Source: Oligoflexales bacterium (GTDB lineage: Bacteria > Bdellovibrionota_B > Oligoflexia > Oligoflexales > Bog-1112). From it: a DNA stretch of 64,000 bases. Below are positions 29,447 to 39,354 of this stretch, piece after piece. The notes under the pieces were generated by a model, which was not told where the DNA came from, ran no database searches, and saw only the letters and a list, made by a program, of their open reading frames with translations. The translations under genes were made by a program, and so were the position numbers. The stretch is taken from positions 1-64,000 of the forward strand of contig JBGCEP010000030.1 in the NCBI GenBank assembly GCA_045106415.1. Reading direction: 5' to 3'. Each line of letters starts with the position of its first letter. The first letter of the stretch is position 1.

Positions 29447-30631
29447 TCACGGATTAGCTAAATACAATTTACTTTGTACTTTCTCCCAAGCACTCCTGGA
29501 AATCACTTCAGAATTTTGCTTTTTGCCTGCACAGCCAACTTCATGATAAATAGCCAGCAACTTTTTTGCGACTTTTTCCCACTGAAATTTCTGAACCTGA
29601 AGGTACCCTCTGTGAACCAATTCTTCACGGAGTTCAACATTCGTTAGCAATGCCGCCATCGCGTCCGAAAGCCCTTCAACATCATAAGGGCCAACCATAA
29701 GAGCTGCATTACCAACGACCTCAGGTATGGAAGAACTCATTGACGTCACCACAGGCGTCCCTGACGCCATAGCTTCAAGCGGCGGCAACCCAAAACCTTC
29801 ATATAAACTTGGATAAGCAACAAGGCTAGCATAACGATAATAACTTCTCAGGGTCTGCTCATCTGCAAACCCTTTAAAGATGACATCCTCTTTATACTTT
29901 TTGATTGTCAAAGAAACATCGGCAAATAAGGGTGATTCGCCACCGATTAAAACTAGTTTCGGCTTCAATTCAGGGTGAGAGTCTCTCATGCTCTCATACG
30001 ATTCAACCAGTGTTTTTATATTTTTTCTAGGCTCTAACGATCCTACATATAGAATATAAGATTCTGGCTGACCTGCCCTCGGTTTAGGTGGTTGCTGTAA
30101 AAAAGATTCATCTACAGCCCAGTAAACCGTCGATACTTTTTCCGCACTCAATCCACAATGTAAGAGAAGATCGTTACGCGAATTATTACTATTTGTCACC
30201 ACTCGAGCTGCATTTTTTGCCAATCGAGGGATAACAAAATTATACCAATGTCGAAATGAAAAACTGTACCATTTTGGATTCACAATAAAACAAAGATCAT
30301 GAATATGAACAACGGCTTTGCCTTTGTAAAAAAGAGGAGCCATATTCGCAGGACAGTGAAGAAGGTCAACATTATATTTTTTTGCTAGCGCAGGCAAAGT
30401 CCATTGCTCCCACCATAAATTACGAGACGTCTCACCGCCTCGAATTCCTGATGGAACAACCGTTGTATTCGACTTCTGCCATTCTGGACGATTTAATTGA
30501 TCATGTCCTGTAAAAATAAAATATTCATTATCCTCATCAAGATCAACTAATGTTCGAATCAGGTTATATGCTGCTCGTTGCACCCCTGTTTGTTTTGCAA
30601 CTAAAAACCGCCCGTTGATTCCAATTCTCAT
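29447..30631 (-). CDS. GT4 glycosyltransferase (MtfB/WbpY-like)
   Basis: TGVQR, IHDL, VGSLEPRKN, YEGFGLPPLEAMASG. Confidence 0.9.
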   Translation of the reverse strand: MRIGINGRFLVAKQTGVQRAAYNLIRTLVDLDEDNEYFIFTGHDQLNRPEWQKSNTTVVPSGIRGGETSRNLWWEQWTLPALAKKYNVDLLHCPANMAPLFYKGKAVVHIHDLCFIVNPKWYSFSFRHWYNFVIPRLAKNAARVVTNSNNSRNDLLLHCGLSAEKVSTVYWAVDESFLQQPPKPRAGQPESYILYVGSLEPRKNIKTLVESYESMRDSHPELKPKLVLIGGESPLFADVSLTIKKYKEDVIFKGFADEQTLRSYYRYASLVAYPSLYEGFGLPPLEAMASGTPVVTSMSSSIPEVVGNAALMVGPYDVEGLSDAMAALLTNVELREELVHRGYLQVQKFQWEKVAKKLLAIYHEVGCAGKKQNSEVISRSAWEKVQSKLYLANP

Positions 30632-31785
30632 AACGCTTCACTCGCAAGCTGCCCAAAAGGTGATCGAAAACATTGTTCATAAATCTGAAGTGTTTGTTGT
30701 GCCATCGTTTCCCAAGAATAACTTCTTGCATGCTCAATCCCACGTTCACTCAAGGCTTGACGATGACAACTCGCATGTTCAAGACCCTCTTGCAGCGCTC
30801 TTGCAATATCTTGATAATCATAAGGGTGAGCAAAAACCGCGTGCTCACCAACAACTTCTGGCAAACTTGATGAACGCGCAACAACCACCGGCGTTCCACA
30901 CGCCAAAGCCTCAAGAGGTGGTAACCCAAAACCTTCATACGTTGAAGGGTAAACAAATAACTCACTCATAGAATAAATTGCAGGCAAGTGCTCTTCTTGT
31001 ATGAAGCGGGCAAAGTACAAAAGATGCTTTTTCCCGTAGTCTTCTGCCACAGCAATCACCCCCAGATCCACTGGCGTTGCCAAAACCAAAGGGAGCTCTA
31101 TATCACTAAAACACCATGCTCGAACAAGTCTATGCAAATTTTTATGAGGTTTATTATTGGAAAGACAAAAAATAAACTTCTCAGGTAATGAATAAGCATC
31201 TCTTACGTACTGTAATTCTCTTTGATCTGTTTCTGGCTCAAATCTAGAAGACACCCCATTATAAGTAACATAAATTTTTTCAGCATCCAGATCCAAATTA
31301 GAAACAATTTCATCACGACTAAACTCTGAAACAGTGAGAATAGATTCCGAACGCTGAATACAGCTACGCACAAACATTTGATAATAAAATTGATGAAAAG
31401 GAGTGTAAAACTGAGACAAAACCATATGGTTCAAATCGTGAATTGTCATCAACATACGACATGGACACATCAAGGGAGCCACAAAAGATGGGGAGTGAAA
31501 TAAGTCAGACTGAAGTTTTTTTAAAAGCTTCGGCAACTCCCATTGCTCACGAAAACTAATCCACCTTGCTTTGACATAAACCAAGCGCATATGAGATGGC
31601 CACGTCATTTTCTCCAGCGAGCTTCCTGGGTTCACAATAATATCAAAACTATGCTTCGAATCCATAGTTCTTAAACAATAAAGAAGCTCGTAAACATAAC
31701 GGGCAATTCCGTGCATTGTCGCCGGCTTTACCATTCTTGCATCGATGGCGACTTTCAACGTCTGTCTCCATTGGCTGGATTTCAT
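30628..31785 (-). CDS. GT4 glycosyltransferase (MtfB/WbpY-like)
   Basis: IDARM..HGIARY, TIHDL, KPHKN, YEGFGLPPLEALACG; ATGA overlap with the next gene. Confidence 0.9.
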   Translation of the reverse strand: MKSSQWRQTLKVAIDARMVKPATMHGIARYVYELLYCLRTMDSKHSFDIIVNPGSSLEKMTWPSHMRLVYVKARWISFREQWELPKLLKKLQSDLFHSPSFVAPLMCPCRMLMTIHDLNHMVLSQFYTPFHQFYYQMFVRSCIQRSESILTVSEFSRDEIVSNLDLDAEKIYVTYNGVSSRFEPETDQRELQYVRDAYSLPEKFIFCLSNNKPHKNLHRLVRAWCFSDIELPLVLATPVDLGVIAVAEDYGKKHLLYFARFIQEEHLPAIYSMSELFVYPSTYEGFGLPPLEALACGTPVVVARSSSLPEVVGEHAVFAHPYDYQDIARALQEGLEHASCHRQALSERGIEHARSYSWETMAQQTLQIYEQCFRSPFGQLASEAL

Positions 31786-32068
31786 GCTTAAATATAATCA
31801 CACTCACCCTATCTCAACCTTTGAGATAAAAAAAGTTGATTCTCTTGGAGAAATCAAATTCGCTCAAGTTTTATGAACAAAATTATATATTTCCGGCATA
31901 TTTTCAAATCAAGTTATTTATTTCATGAACCTTTTTTTTTAAGACCTCAACCGCTAAATATAAAAGACAAAAATGACCCCTTTGGAAAATCTTTTAGATT
32001 AACTCTAAAATCCACGACACGTGTTTTGTCTGAGGAATTCCTCAGGATGACCTTTAGAGGAGAGAGTC

Positions 32069-33406
32069 ATGAAACGTACACTACCTTTTGTGAGCCTTGT
32101 ATGGCTCACGTACTCATGCGGAGAACCTGCACCAGCGTTCCAAGAAACAGCAGCCATTGCAGCTGAAGCAAACATTGAAGTCGCTCCAGAAGCTGGAAGC
32201 GTACCTTCTACAATCACCACAGGAGCATTCAACAACCCAGAAGCCTTAGACCCAGATATAAAGGCAGAGATCTTCCCTGATGGAGAAGGGCCCAATTCAT
32301 CAATAACAACAGGTTCTGAACCAGGCCTTGATATCAGCAGCAGTTCTTCTGATCCAAACTCAGGCACTTCTGCTCCTGACACCAACACTTCTAACCCAGG
32401 GCTTGAAGGGCTCGCAAATTTTGAACTTTATTCACAAGACTCTATACAAAAAGGAAATGGTAAAGTCGATATTTTATGGGTCATTGATAATTCTGGATCT
32501 ATGAAAGAAGAGCAAGACTACCTCGGTGCAAACTTTGTCTCTTTTATTAACGGCCTTTCTTTAACAGGGATCGATTTTCAAACCGCCATTACAAACACTG
32601 ATGTTTGTGATGATAGCTTACCCGCAGAATTAATCGATCGTAGCTGCCCTTTTTACTATGGCGGCGACAGCACTACACATCTACGTGGTGATTTTGTCGG
32701 ACCTGTCCTTAAATCAGGATCAGCCAACCTAAGCATTGACTTCAAAAGTCAGACCGCGATTGGAACCAACGGTTCAAGTTTTGAGCACGGCCTCAAAGCA
32801 ACAGAACTTGCAATTCAAAAAGCACTGACCGGACAGAGTGAAGCACTTGTTCGCGACGGCTCATTCTTATCAGTTATCGTCGTTAGCGATGAAGAAGATG
32901 ACGGAATTGGGCTTGGTAAGGTCGATGCATACAATCTTCATAATTTTATCGAAGATGGACTTACTCAGTTCTCATACACACCTGATCACCTACTTAATTA
33001 TCTAAACACAGCTAAAGGAGCTGGACAGTTTTCAGTGTCCGCCATCACAGGAACACGCCTAGCAAATGGCTCCATGTGCTCAGCAGCACATTCACAACCC
33101 CTGGAAGAAGGAACCGCATACATCGATATCGCAAACAAAACAGGTGGATCTTTACAGAGTATTTGTGACACCGATTGGGGAAATTCTCTATATCAACTCG
33201 GGCAAGACTTGACTGCACAAGCCACACAAATCCTTCTGGATCGACAACCTCTAGCAAGCTCAATTCAAGTCACAGTCGATGGCGATAGCAATACAGCTTG
33301 GACTTATTTTCCAGCAATCAACACAATTAAATTTGACGCAAGCGCTCTACCTTCAGTCGGTGCAGCAATACACGTCGAATACATGGCAGCAAAAAGCGTT
33401 GATTAA
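32069..33406 (+). CDS. vWA (MIDAS) domain lipoprotein, CglB-like
   Basis: Lipobox TYSC, disordered linker, KVDILWVIDNSGSM, IVVSDEEDD, GG...SIC..DW, C-terminal beta-rich domain. Confidence 0.75.
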   Translation: MKRTLPFVSLVWLTYSCGEPAPAFQETAAIAAEANIEVAPEAGSVPSTITTGAFNNPEALDPDIKAEIFPDGEGPNSSITTGSEPGLDISSSSSDPNSGTSAPDTNTSNPGLEGLANFELYSQDSIQKGNGKVDILWVIDNSGSMKEEQDYLGANFVSFINGLSLTGIDFQTAITNTDVCDDSLPAELIDRSCPFYYGGDSTTHLRGDFVGPVLKSGSANLSIDFKSQTAIGTNGSSFEHGLKATELAIQKALTGQSEALVRDGSFLSVIVVSDEEDDGIGLGKVDAYNLHNFIEDGLTQFSYTPDHLLNYLNTAKGAGQFSVSAITGTRLANGSMCSAAHSQPLEEGTAYIDIANKTGGSLQSICDTDWGNSLYQLGQDLTAQATQILLDRQPLASSIQVTVDGDSNTAWTYFPAINTIKFDASALPSVGAAIHVEYMAAKSVD

Positions 33407-33497
33407 ATAGAGGAAATCATCACTCAACAGCTTTGAAAAACAAAATGGTTTTTATAAACCAATCTCTCCTTTACAAAAATTCGTTTATTAGGGATAA

Positions 33498-33535
33498 CCG
33501 TTCCCGCTCATAAAGAGTGGGAACGGAGTTTTTTT
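33498..33535 (+). promoter_or_regulatory. 12-bp hairpin plus T7 overlapping the putP RBS and start
   Basis: ccgttcccgctc-ataaa-gagtgggaacgg-ag-ttttttt-g. Confidence 0.6.
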
Positions 33536-34904
33536 GCCATCTACGATCACAGTCACTTTTTGCATTTATCTATCATTCACTCTAGGAATCGGTTTTTATT
33601 CCTACTGGAAGACAGTAACAGTCAAAGACTACTTACTAGCTGATAAAAAACTAGGTCCCTTTACGAGCGCTCTCAGCGCAGGCGCCTCTGATATGAGCGG
33701 GTGGCTTCTTTTAGGCTTACCTGGATTAGCTTTTTCGGGACACAGTGGTTGTTTATGGGTTGCACTCAGCCTTTTGCTAGGCACTTATGCAAATTGGAAA
33801 ATCATTGCGAAACCTTTACGTGAAGCAACACAAAACAACATTCAAACACTCCCGCGATATCTAGAGGTCCGATTCAATACAAAACATGGATTTTTGCGTG
33901 TACTTTCTGCCTCTTTAATTATTTTCTTTTTTACTCTTTATGCGAGCTCAGGCCTCATTGCAGCTGGAAAACTTTTTGAACAAGGGTTTCAAATCCCTTC
34001 ATATACCGGTATTTTCATAACAGCCTTCCTTATGGTGACTTATACAATTTTCGGTGGTTTTTTAGCTATTGTTTGGACCGATGTTTTTCAAGCGCTACTC
34101 ATGAGTCTTGCACTCATTGTTGTGCCAATCTCTATTTTTTGGCAAACATGGGATGCAACACACGTTGTTATGAATCACAAGTTATCTATTTTTGAAGTCA
34201 TCTCGCACGCCTCATGGGGTTTAGGGTATTTTGGACAACCTCATATTCTAAGTCGATTTATGGCGATGAAAGACACTAAAAATATATCAAAATCAGCCCA
34301 ATTTGGGACCATCTGGTGTGGAGCTTGTTTGTTAGGAGCCGTGTGCACGGGCTTTGCTGGTTTTCGTTTTTTTAATGGTCAACTCTCTGACCCTGAGTCA
34401 GTATTCATGGCTTTAATCCAAGAGGCTTTTCCTCCATTTATCGCTGGAACATTACTTGCAGCGATTTTTGGCGCTATCATCAGCACAGCTGATTCCCAGC
34501 TGCTTGTCGCAGCTAGCTCTCTTATCCAAGATCTTTTTCCTTCGAATAGCAAAATTGGACGCCAAGTTTGCAGCTCTATTCATTACGGAAGAGCCGCTAT
34601 TGTTCTGATTACAGCAACAGCGACACTCATAGCCATTCATCATAGCCACCTTGTTCTAGAAGTCGTTGCTTTTGCTTGGGCTGGGTTTGGAGCAACACTC
34701 GGGCCTGTGATTTTGTGTTCTTTATACTGGAAAAAAACTAATGAAATATCTGCCATTTGCGGCTTACTGTCTGGAACGACAGCGCTTATCATGTGCAAAT
34801 GGTTTCAAAGCCCTATTTACGAGCTTTTGCCTGGTTTTTTCACAGCTCTATTCACTATTTTGATTATTTCTTCGTTATCTCACCAAAAAAATTGTGACAC
34901 TTAA
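33534..34904 (+). CDS. putP: Sodium/proline symporter
   Basis: SALSAGASDMSGWLLLGLPG, GGFLAIVWTD, WGLGYFGQPHILSRFM, STADSQLL, AWAGFGA, YELLPGF. Confidence 0.92.
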   Translation: MPSTITVTFCIYLSFTLGIGFYSYWKTVTVKDYLLADKKLGPFTSALSAGASDMSGWLLLGLPGLAFSGHSGCLWVALSLLLGTYANWKIIAKPLREATQNNIQTLPRYLEVRFNTKHGFLRVLSASLIIFFFTLYASSGLIAAGKLFEQGFQIPSYTGIFITAFLMVTYTIFGGFLAIVWTDVFQALLMSLALIVVPISIFWQTWDATHVVMNHKLSIFEVISHASWGLGYFGQPHILSRFMAMKDTKNISKSAQFGTIWCGACLLGAVCTGFAGFRFFNGQLSDPESVFMALIQEAFPPFIAGTLLAAIFGAIISTADSQLLVAASSLIQDLFPSNSKIGRQVCSSIHYGRAAIVLITATATLIAIHHSHLVLEVVAFAWAGFGATLGPVILCSLYWKKTNEISAICGLLSGTTALIMCKWFQSPIYELLPGFFTALFTILIISSLSHQKNCDT

Positions 34905-34917
34905 AAGGCAAAAAATA

Positions 34918-34953
34918 ACTTCATTATCTATTTCCAAAAAATAGACAATGAAG
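34918..34953. terminator. Probable terminator between convergent genes
   Basis: acttcattatctattt-ccaa-aaatagacaatgaagt inverted repeat. Confidence 0.55.
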
Positions 34954-34983
34954 TGGTTCTATCTCAAAAAATTGAAAGTCACA

Positions 34984-36765
34984 CTAATTCACTGCGTAGT
35001 CCCACCTTGCAGATAAAGACAAAACAAGTCGGTTTAGACGGCTCTGAGTCGACGTATCATTAGTCGTGCCAGGACTCACAAATTGAGTTTGGCCATAGAT
35101 AAGCCCCAAACCCCAATCTATTGTTTTAGGTCGACGGTTAAACCACGAAACGTGAAAACCGACCTCTAAATCAAGTGCAGACTGAATAGAATGCAGCTTG
35201 TTGTCGTATCCAACTCTACCAATATGCAACGGGGTTAAAGACGATTCTAATGTCCAATTTGCAACATCGCGCCCATTCTCCTCGATTGCCCCTTGAACAC
35301 CACCATAGAAACCCCCAACCAGATTATCATACCCGCCATAACCATCATTCTTGACAGATAAAGATTGAAAACCTCCGACAGCCCCCGCAAACCATTTATC
35401 AAACCATAAAGAATTTTTAACTTTTTGATTCCAAAAAATTCTTGCTAAAGCAGAAAGATGAGTTGCATTTACAGGGCCAGAAGCTTTCGTTTTTGAAAAA
35501 CCTCCAGTCACATCAAACGTATATTTCACCAAGGGAAGAACACCTCGAGTTACTGAGACACCTATTTCATTAATAGGTGAGACAAACTGCCCAGAAGCAC
35601 CAACAGGGCCGTGATATTTCCAATGATGATATCCTGCGTGGAGCGTCATATTATCCGCAAAGTATGACATATACCCATTGCTAGGGCCATCTCCACTCGA
35701 ATCATCAGAAGGTGAAGTCATACTTCCATCAAAAGAAAATAAGTCAACAAAGCCATTCTTATCATCTTCTTTGTCATTTTCTTCATCTAAATCAACACTT
35801 TGATCGTTTGCACTCTTGTTTTTCTGATAGTCTTCCTCTTCATTTTTGGCAAAACTTTTTATGTTCTTCTGAAAAACAGCACTCGAATCAGCCAATAATT
35901 TTTGACTTTCATCATTCAAACGAACAGCTACCAATGACGAAGTTGGTATATCAACAGATTTTGTCGAAAAATATTGAAAATAAGTTCGCAGCTTTGAGTG
36001 CTCAACTTTGACACCGTCACCGACAGAGAGAGGCTGATAGCTCACTAAGTCAGAAATTTTTGCAACAGACGTTGTCTTTTGTAGGTCAACAATTTTTGCA
36101 TACCCTAAAAAATCTTGGTCATACTTATAAAAAGCCCCGGTCGCTGGATGGTTTTCAGAAACAACAACTCGATTTAATTTTAAACGATCTCCAATTCTCA
36201 AACCTTGATGATGCCCACCAGACAATGTAATAAAAGGTTCATGAATAGAAGTTACATAAGCATCTATTGGCCATTTATTCATCAGACCATAAAGAATCGT
36301 TCGCACCCAGTGCTTTCTTTCCTCATCTTTTGCTTTATTCCAAATAAGTTTTTCAAGTGTCAACGAATCTTGAGACCACAGTGTGAAATCAGAATCAAGC
36401 ATACGCACTGTGAGAACAACCCGATCTGTATCTTTGGCAACCAGCAAACTGAACCACGCATCCAAGTCATAGTGCTTCTTAACAAACTGCCGTTCTTTAT
36501 AAGTATCCCACAGATCTTCAGCTATTTCTTGAGACAGTACTGTATACTTTCCTGACCCTCGGACTTCCGATCGAAAAATATCTTCCACACTTTCTTTATG
36601 AGGAAATCTATCTCCGTCTTGACTGGAAAAAAACTGAGGAGGGATCACAGCAACATTACGCACAACAGGAAGCTTTTGTACATCGTTTGCTGTTGCTTGA
36701 AACGAAAACAAAATACAGAATAAAAAGTATCTTTTAAATTTTTTCTGAAGACTGCGTATTCCCAT
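34984..36765 (-). CDS. Exported protein: CsgG/TolB-N-like domain, FlgT_C-like domain, acidic linker, probable C-terminal beta-barrel
   Basis: Signal peptide ending QATA; VAVIPP; G...GLRIGD.L....HPATG....G.AKI...S.A....GD.V; amphipathic beta strands ending SLSARWDY. Confidence 0.6.
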   Translation of the reverse strand: MGIRSLQKKFKRYFLFCILFSFQATANDVQKLPVVRNVAVIPPQFFSSQDGDRFPHKESVEDIFRSEVRGSGKYTVLSQEIAEDLWDTYKERQFVKKHYDLDAWFSLLVAKDTDRVVLTVRMLDSDFTLWSQDSLTLEKLIWNKAKDEERKHWVRTILYGLMNKWPIDAYVTSIHEPFITLSGGHHQGLRIGDRLKLNRVVVSENHPATGAFYKYDQDFLGYAKIVDLQKTTSVAKISDLVSYQPLSVGDGVKVEHSKLRTYFQYFSTKSVDIPTSSLVAVRLNDESQKLLADSSAVFQKNIKSFAKNEEEDYQKNKSANDQSVDLDEENDKEDDKNGFVDLFSFDGSMTSPSDDSSGDGPSNGYMSYFADNMTLHAGYHHWKYHGPVGASGQFVSPINEIGVSVTRGVLPLVKYTFDVTGGFSKTKASGPVNATHLSALARIFWNQKVKNSLWFDKWFAGAVGGFQSLSVKNDGYGGYDNLVGGFYGGVQGAIEENGRDVANWTLESSLTPLHIGRVGYDNKLHSIQSALDLEVGFHVSWFNRRPKTIDWGLGLIYGQTQFVSPGTTNDTSTQSRLNRLVLSLSARWDYAVN

Positions 36766-38236
36766 CAAAGCACAACCTATGTTTGGTCTTCTCAATCATT
36801 GTTTCAAGATGCACAGGCCTTTTCCAAACTTTTTGTAAATTCTTCAAGGTTTCAATTGTACTATCTTGCTTGAGGTCCTCTCCATCATAACGATGCTGAA
36901 GAAGAAGCTCTCCCCGATTTCTAAAGTTCCCATCAACAACATGAATGACTGGAGCACCAAGATTAATAATTTGTTGCAATAACTTTTGTTTTATTGATCT
37001 AAAGTCTCTCGATGAAATAATATAGTCACCCGTTTTTTGATCATAATCATACAGAAACATTTTTGTTTTATGACAAAAATCCTCATCTAAATATTGATCT
37101 AAAAATGTGACATCATTATGAAATTTTCTTACTTCAAAAATCTTTTTTCGTCCAGCACCAGCCTCTTTGGGACCTTCCCAAGATTCTCGAACTTTATGGT
37201 CATCACAGTTGAGATAGCCCACCCCAAATCGACCTTCATCCCAACGATTTTCAATATGTCTTAGTAATTCGATCCCTAACTTATAGGGATTAAGTTGGTT
37301 AGGTTGATTTGCAACAACTCCAGCATGTTGGCAGCAGTAATCAATGATGCCTTCAGCACCAACAGGATCAATTTCTGTCATCATTTTACTATGCCAATAA
37401 CTCGCCCAACCTTCATTAATAATTTTAGTTTGGCCCTGAGGAGCAAAGTAATATGATTCTGCTCGAATCATTTCCATAATCCGCCTTTGCCATGTCGACA
37501 TAGGAGCATATTGAATTAAAAAATGAAGAATATCTCGCTCTGGTTGATCTGGAACACGAGTTTGCTTTTCTGCATCCTCTAAAATTTTCCTCTTTTGATC
37601 TTCTAAATATTCTTGAGGATTAATATAATGATCCATATATTTTTTTGACTTTAGTTTTGATGGATTTTTTTTCGCTAAATCTTCTTTTTCTTTATCGGTC
37701 AGAGATTTTATATGAGGGCGAAATACAGAATGTACATCAATTAGATTTTCCATACTCAGACAAACATCAATAAAGTCCTCAACTTCAGATTGGCCAACTT
37801 CATTGATAATATTGCGAACAACAGCTGCATCATTTGCCATTTGATCAAGCATTTTTCGGTTTGTCTTACTAAACCAATAATTATTTTTAAAAAAATCACA
37901 ATGCCCATAAACGTGAGCAATCACCATCCGTTGAGAAACTTCAGTATTGGACCTTAAAAGATACGCATAGCAAGGGTCATTATTAATGACCATTTCATAA
38001 ATCTTAGACAAACCATACGTATAGCTTTTTGATAAAGATTCATACTCCATACCCCACCGCCAGTGAGGGTAACGAGTAGGAAACCCACCATAGGCAGCTA
38101 TTTCATTTAACTGTTGATAGTCGACAACTTCAAATACAGTTGTAAACATATCTAAACCCACCTCTGTTGCTTTATTCCACAGACGATCAGCTTCTGCTTG
38201 TAGATGAGGAGGGAGATTTGTCTGAAAATCAGTCAT
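36734..38236 (-). CDS. spoVR: SpoVR/YcgB family protein
   Basis: GFPTRYPHWRWG, IYEMVINNDPCYAYL, HVYGHCDFFKNN, TKIINEGWASYWH. Confidence 0.95.
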   Translation of the reverse strand: MTDFQTNLPPHLQAEADRLWNKATEVGLDMFTTVFEVVDYQQLNEIAAYGGFPTRYPHWRWGMEYESLSKSYTYGLSKIYEMVINNDPCYAYLLRSNTEVSQRMVIAHVYGHCDFFKNNYWFSKTNRKMLDQMANDAAVVRNIINEVGQSEVEDFIDVCLSMENLIDVHSVFRPHIKSLTDKEKEDLAKKNPSKLKSKKYMDHYINPQEYLEDQKRKILEDAEKQTRVPDQPERDILHFLIQYAPMSTWQRRIMEMIRAESYYFAPQGQTKIINEGWASYWHSKMMTEIDPVGAEGIIDYCCQHAGVVANQPNQLNPYKLGIELLRHIENRWDEGRFGVGYLNCDDHKVRESWEGPKEAGAGRKKIFEVRKFHNDVTFLDQYLDEDFCHKTKMFLYDYDQKTGDYIISSRDFRSIKQKLLQQIINLGAPVIHVVDGNFRNRGELLLQHRYDGEDLKQDSTIETLKNLQKVWKRPVHLETMIEKTKHRLCFDGNTQSSEKI

Positions 38237-38237
38237 G

Positions 38238-39344
38238 CTATTTTCCTTTGCCTAGGAAAATTTTTAAAGATTCCATAATCGCACTACGGTCTTTAATAGG
38301 AGCTAGTGTTACTTTATCATGAGATTCACCGAACTTTTTTGTAAGATCACGAAGAAATTGACCTGAACCATATCTAGACTCTACCTGCCCATAACAAAAA
38401 ATATTAGAAACAGGTAAAAGAGTGTCTTCCATAATTTTCAAACATTCAGTCGTATCATTGCCAGACCAATTATCTCCATCTGAAAAATGAAATAAATAAA
38501 TATTCCATTCATCGACAGGGTAATCTTGAGCCAACATGTCAGCAACAAGCTTATAGGCAGAGCTAATCAATGTCCCACCAGATTCTTTCGTTTTGAAAAA
38601 ATCTTCTTCACTCACTTCACGCGCAGTAGCATCATGAATAACATAACGCCTCTCTAATCCTTTATATTGCTTTTTAAGCCACGTATCGAGCCAAAAACTC
38701 GTCATGCGAACGATTTCTTTTTGTTCATCTCCCATCGACCCTGAAACATCCATCATATAGACAATAACAGCACCTGCCATCGGCTTAGGCGTGACTGTAA
38801 AAGACCGGTATCTTTTATCATCTTTAATAGGAATAATAACTGGATTATCAGGATCATAATCACCTGTAAGCACGGATCTTTTAAGAGCTTCACGATAAGT
38901 TCTTTTAAAATAATGCAAAGACTCTGGGCCAAATTTATGGATCCCTGAATAGCGAACTTTATCACTTTCAAGACTTTTTTGGCCTTTATTTTCGATATTA
39001 GGAAGCTCAAGCTCTTCACTCAGAATATCAGCTAATTCTTCAATTGTGACATCAACTTCAAGCTGCTGTTGCCCTGCTTCATTGCCAGCTTCACCCTCAC
39101 CTGGTTGAGCCGAGCCTTCCCCTTGACCTGTAGAATCCCCAACTTCACCGTCTCCTTGCCCTACCCCATTCTGGGAAGAACCAAATCGAAAACGAGGAAG
39201 ATCAATATGAGGAATAGGAATTGTGACTTCTTTTTTCCCCTGCCGCGCAATCATATCTCCACTGGAAATAAATTTTCGCAACTCTTTTTTGATCTTCCCT
39301 CGCACGATTTTATGGAATCGATTGAGGTCCGATTCCATTTTCAT
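38238..39344 (-). CDS. yeaH: YeaH/YhbH (DUF444) vWA-like protein
   Basis: [39 protein letters not shown]. Confidence 0.93.
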   Translation of the reverse strand: MKMESDLNRFHKIVRGKIKKELRKFISSGDMIARQGKKEVTIPIPHIDLPRFRFGSSQNGVGQGDGEVGDSTGQGEGSAQPGEGEAGNEAGQQQLEVDVTIEELADILSEELELPNIENKGQKSLESDKVRYSGIHKFGPESLHYFKRTYREALKRSVLTGDYDPDNPVIIPIKDDKRYRSFTVTPKPMAGAVIVYMMDVSGSMGDEQKEIVRMTSFWLDTWLKKQYKGLERRYVIHDATAREVSEEDFFKTKESGGTLISSAYKLVADMLAQDYPVDEWNIYLFHFSDGDNWSGNDTTECLKIMEDTLLPVSNIFCYGQVESRYGSGQFLRDLTKKFGESHDKVTLAPIKDRSAIMESLKIFLGKGK

Positions 39345-39354
39345 AAGCAGCTCC

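Noticed and set aside
33498..33530. c-di-GMP-I riboswitch (similar to the P2 stem ...AAAGAGTGGG)
   Set aside because: It lacks the GGCAAAC/ACGCAAAG core and the GNRA loop.
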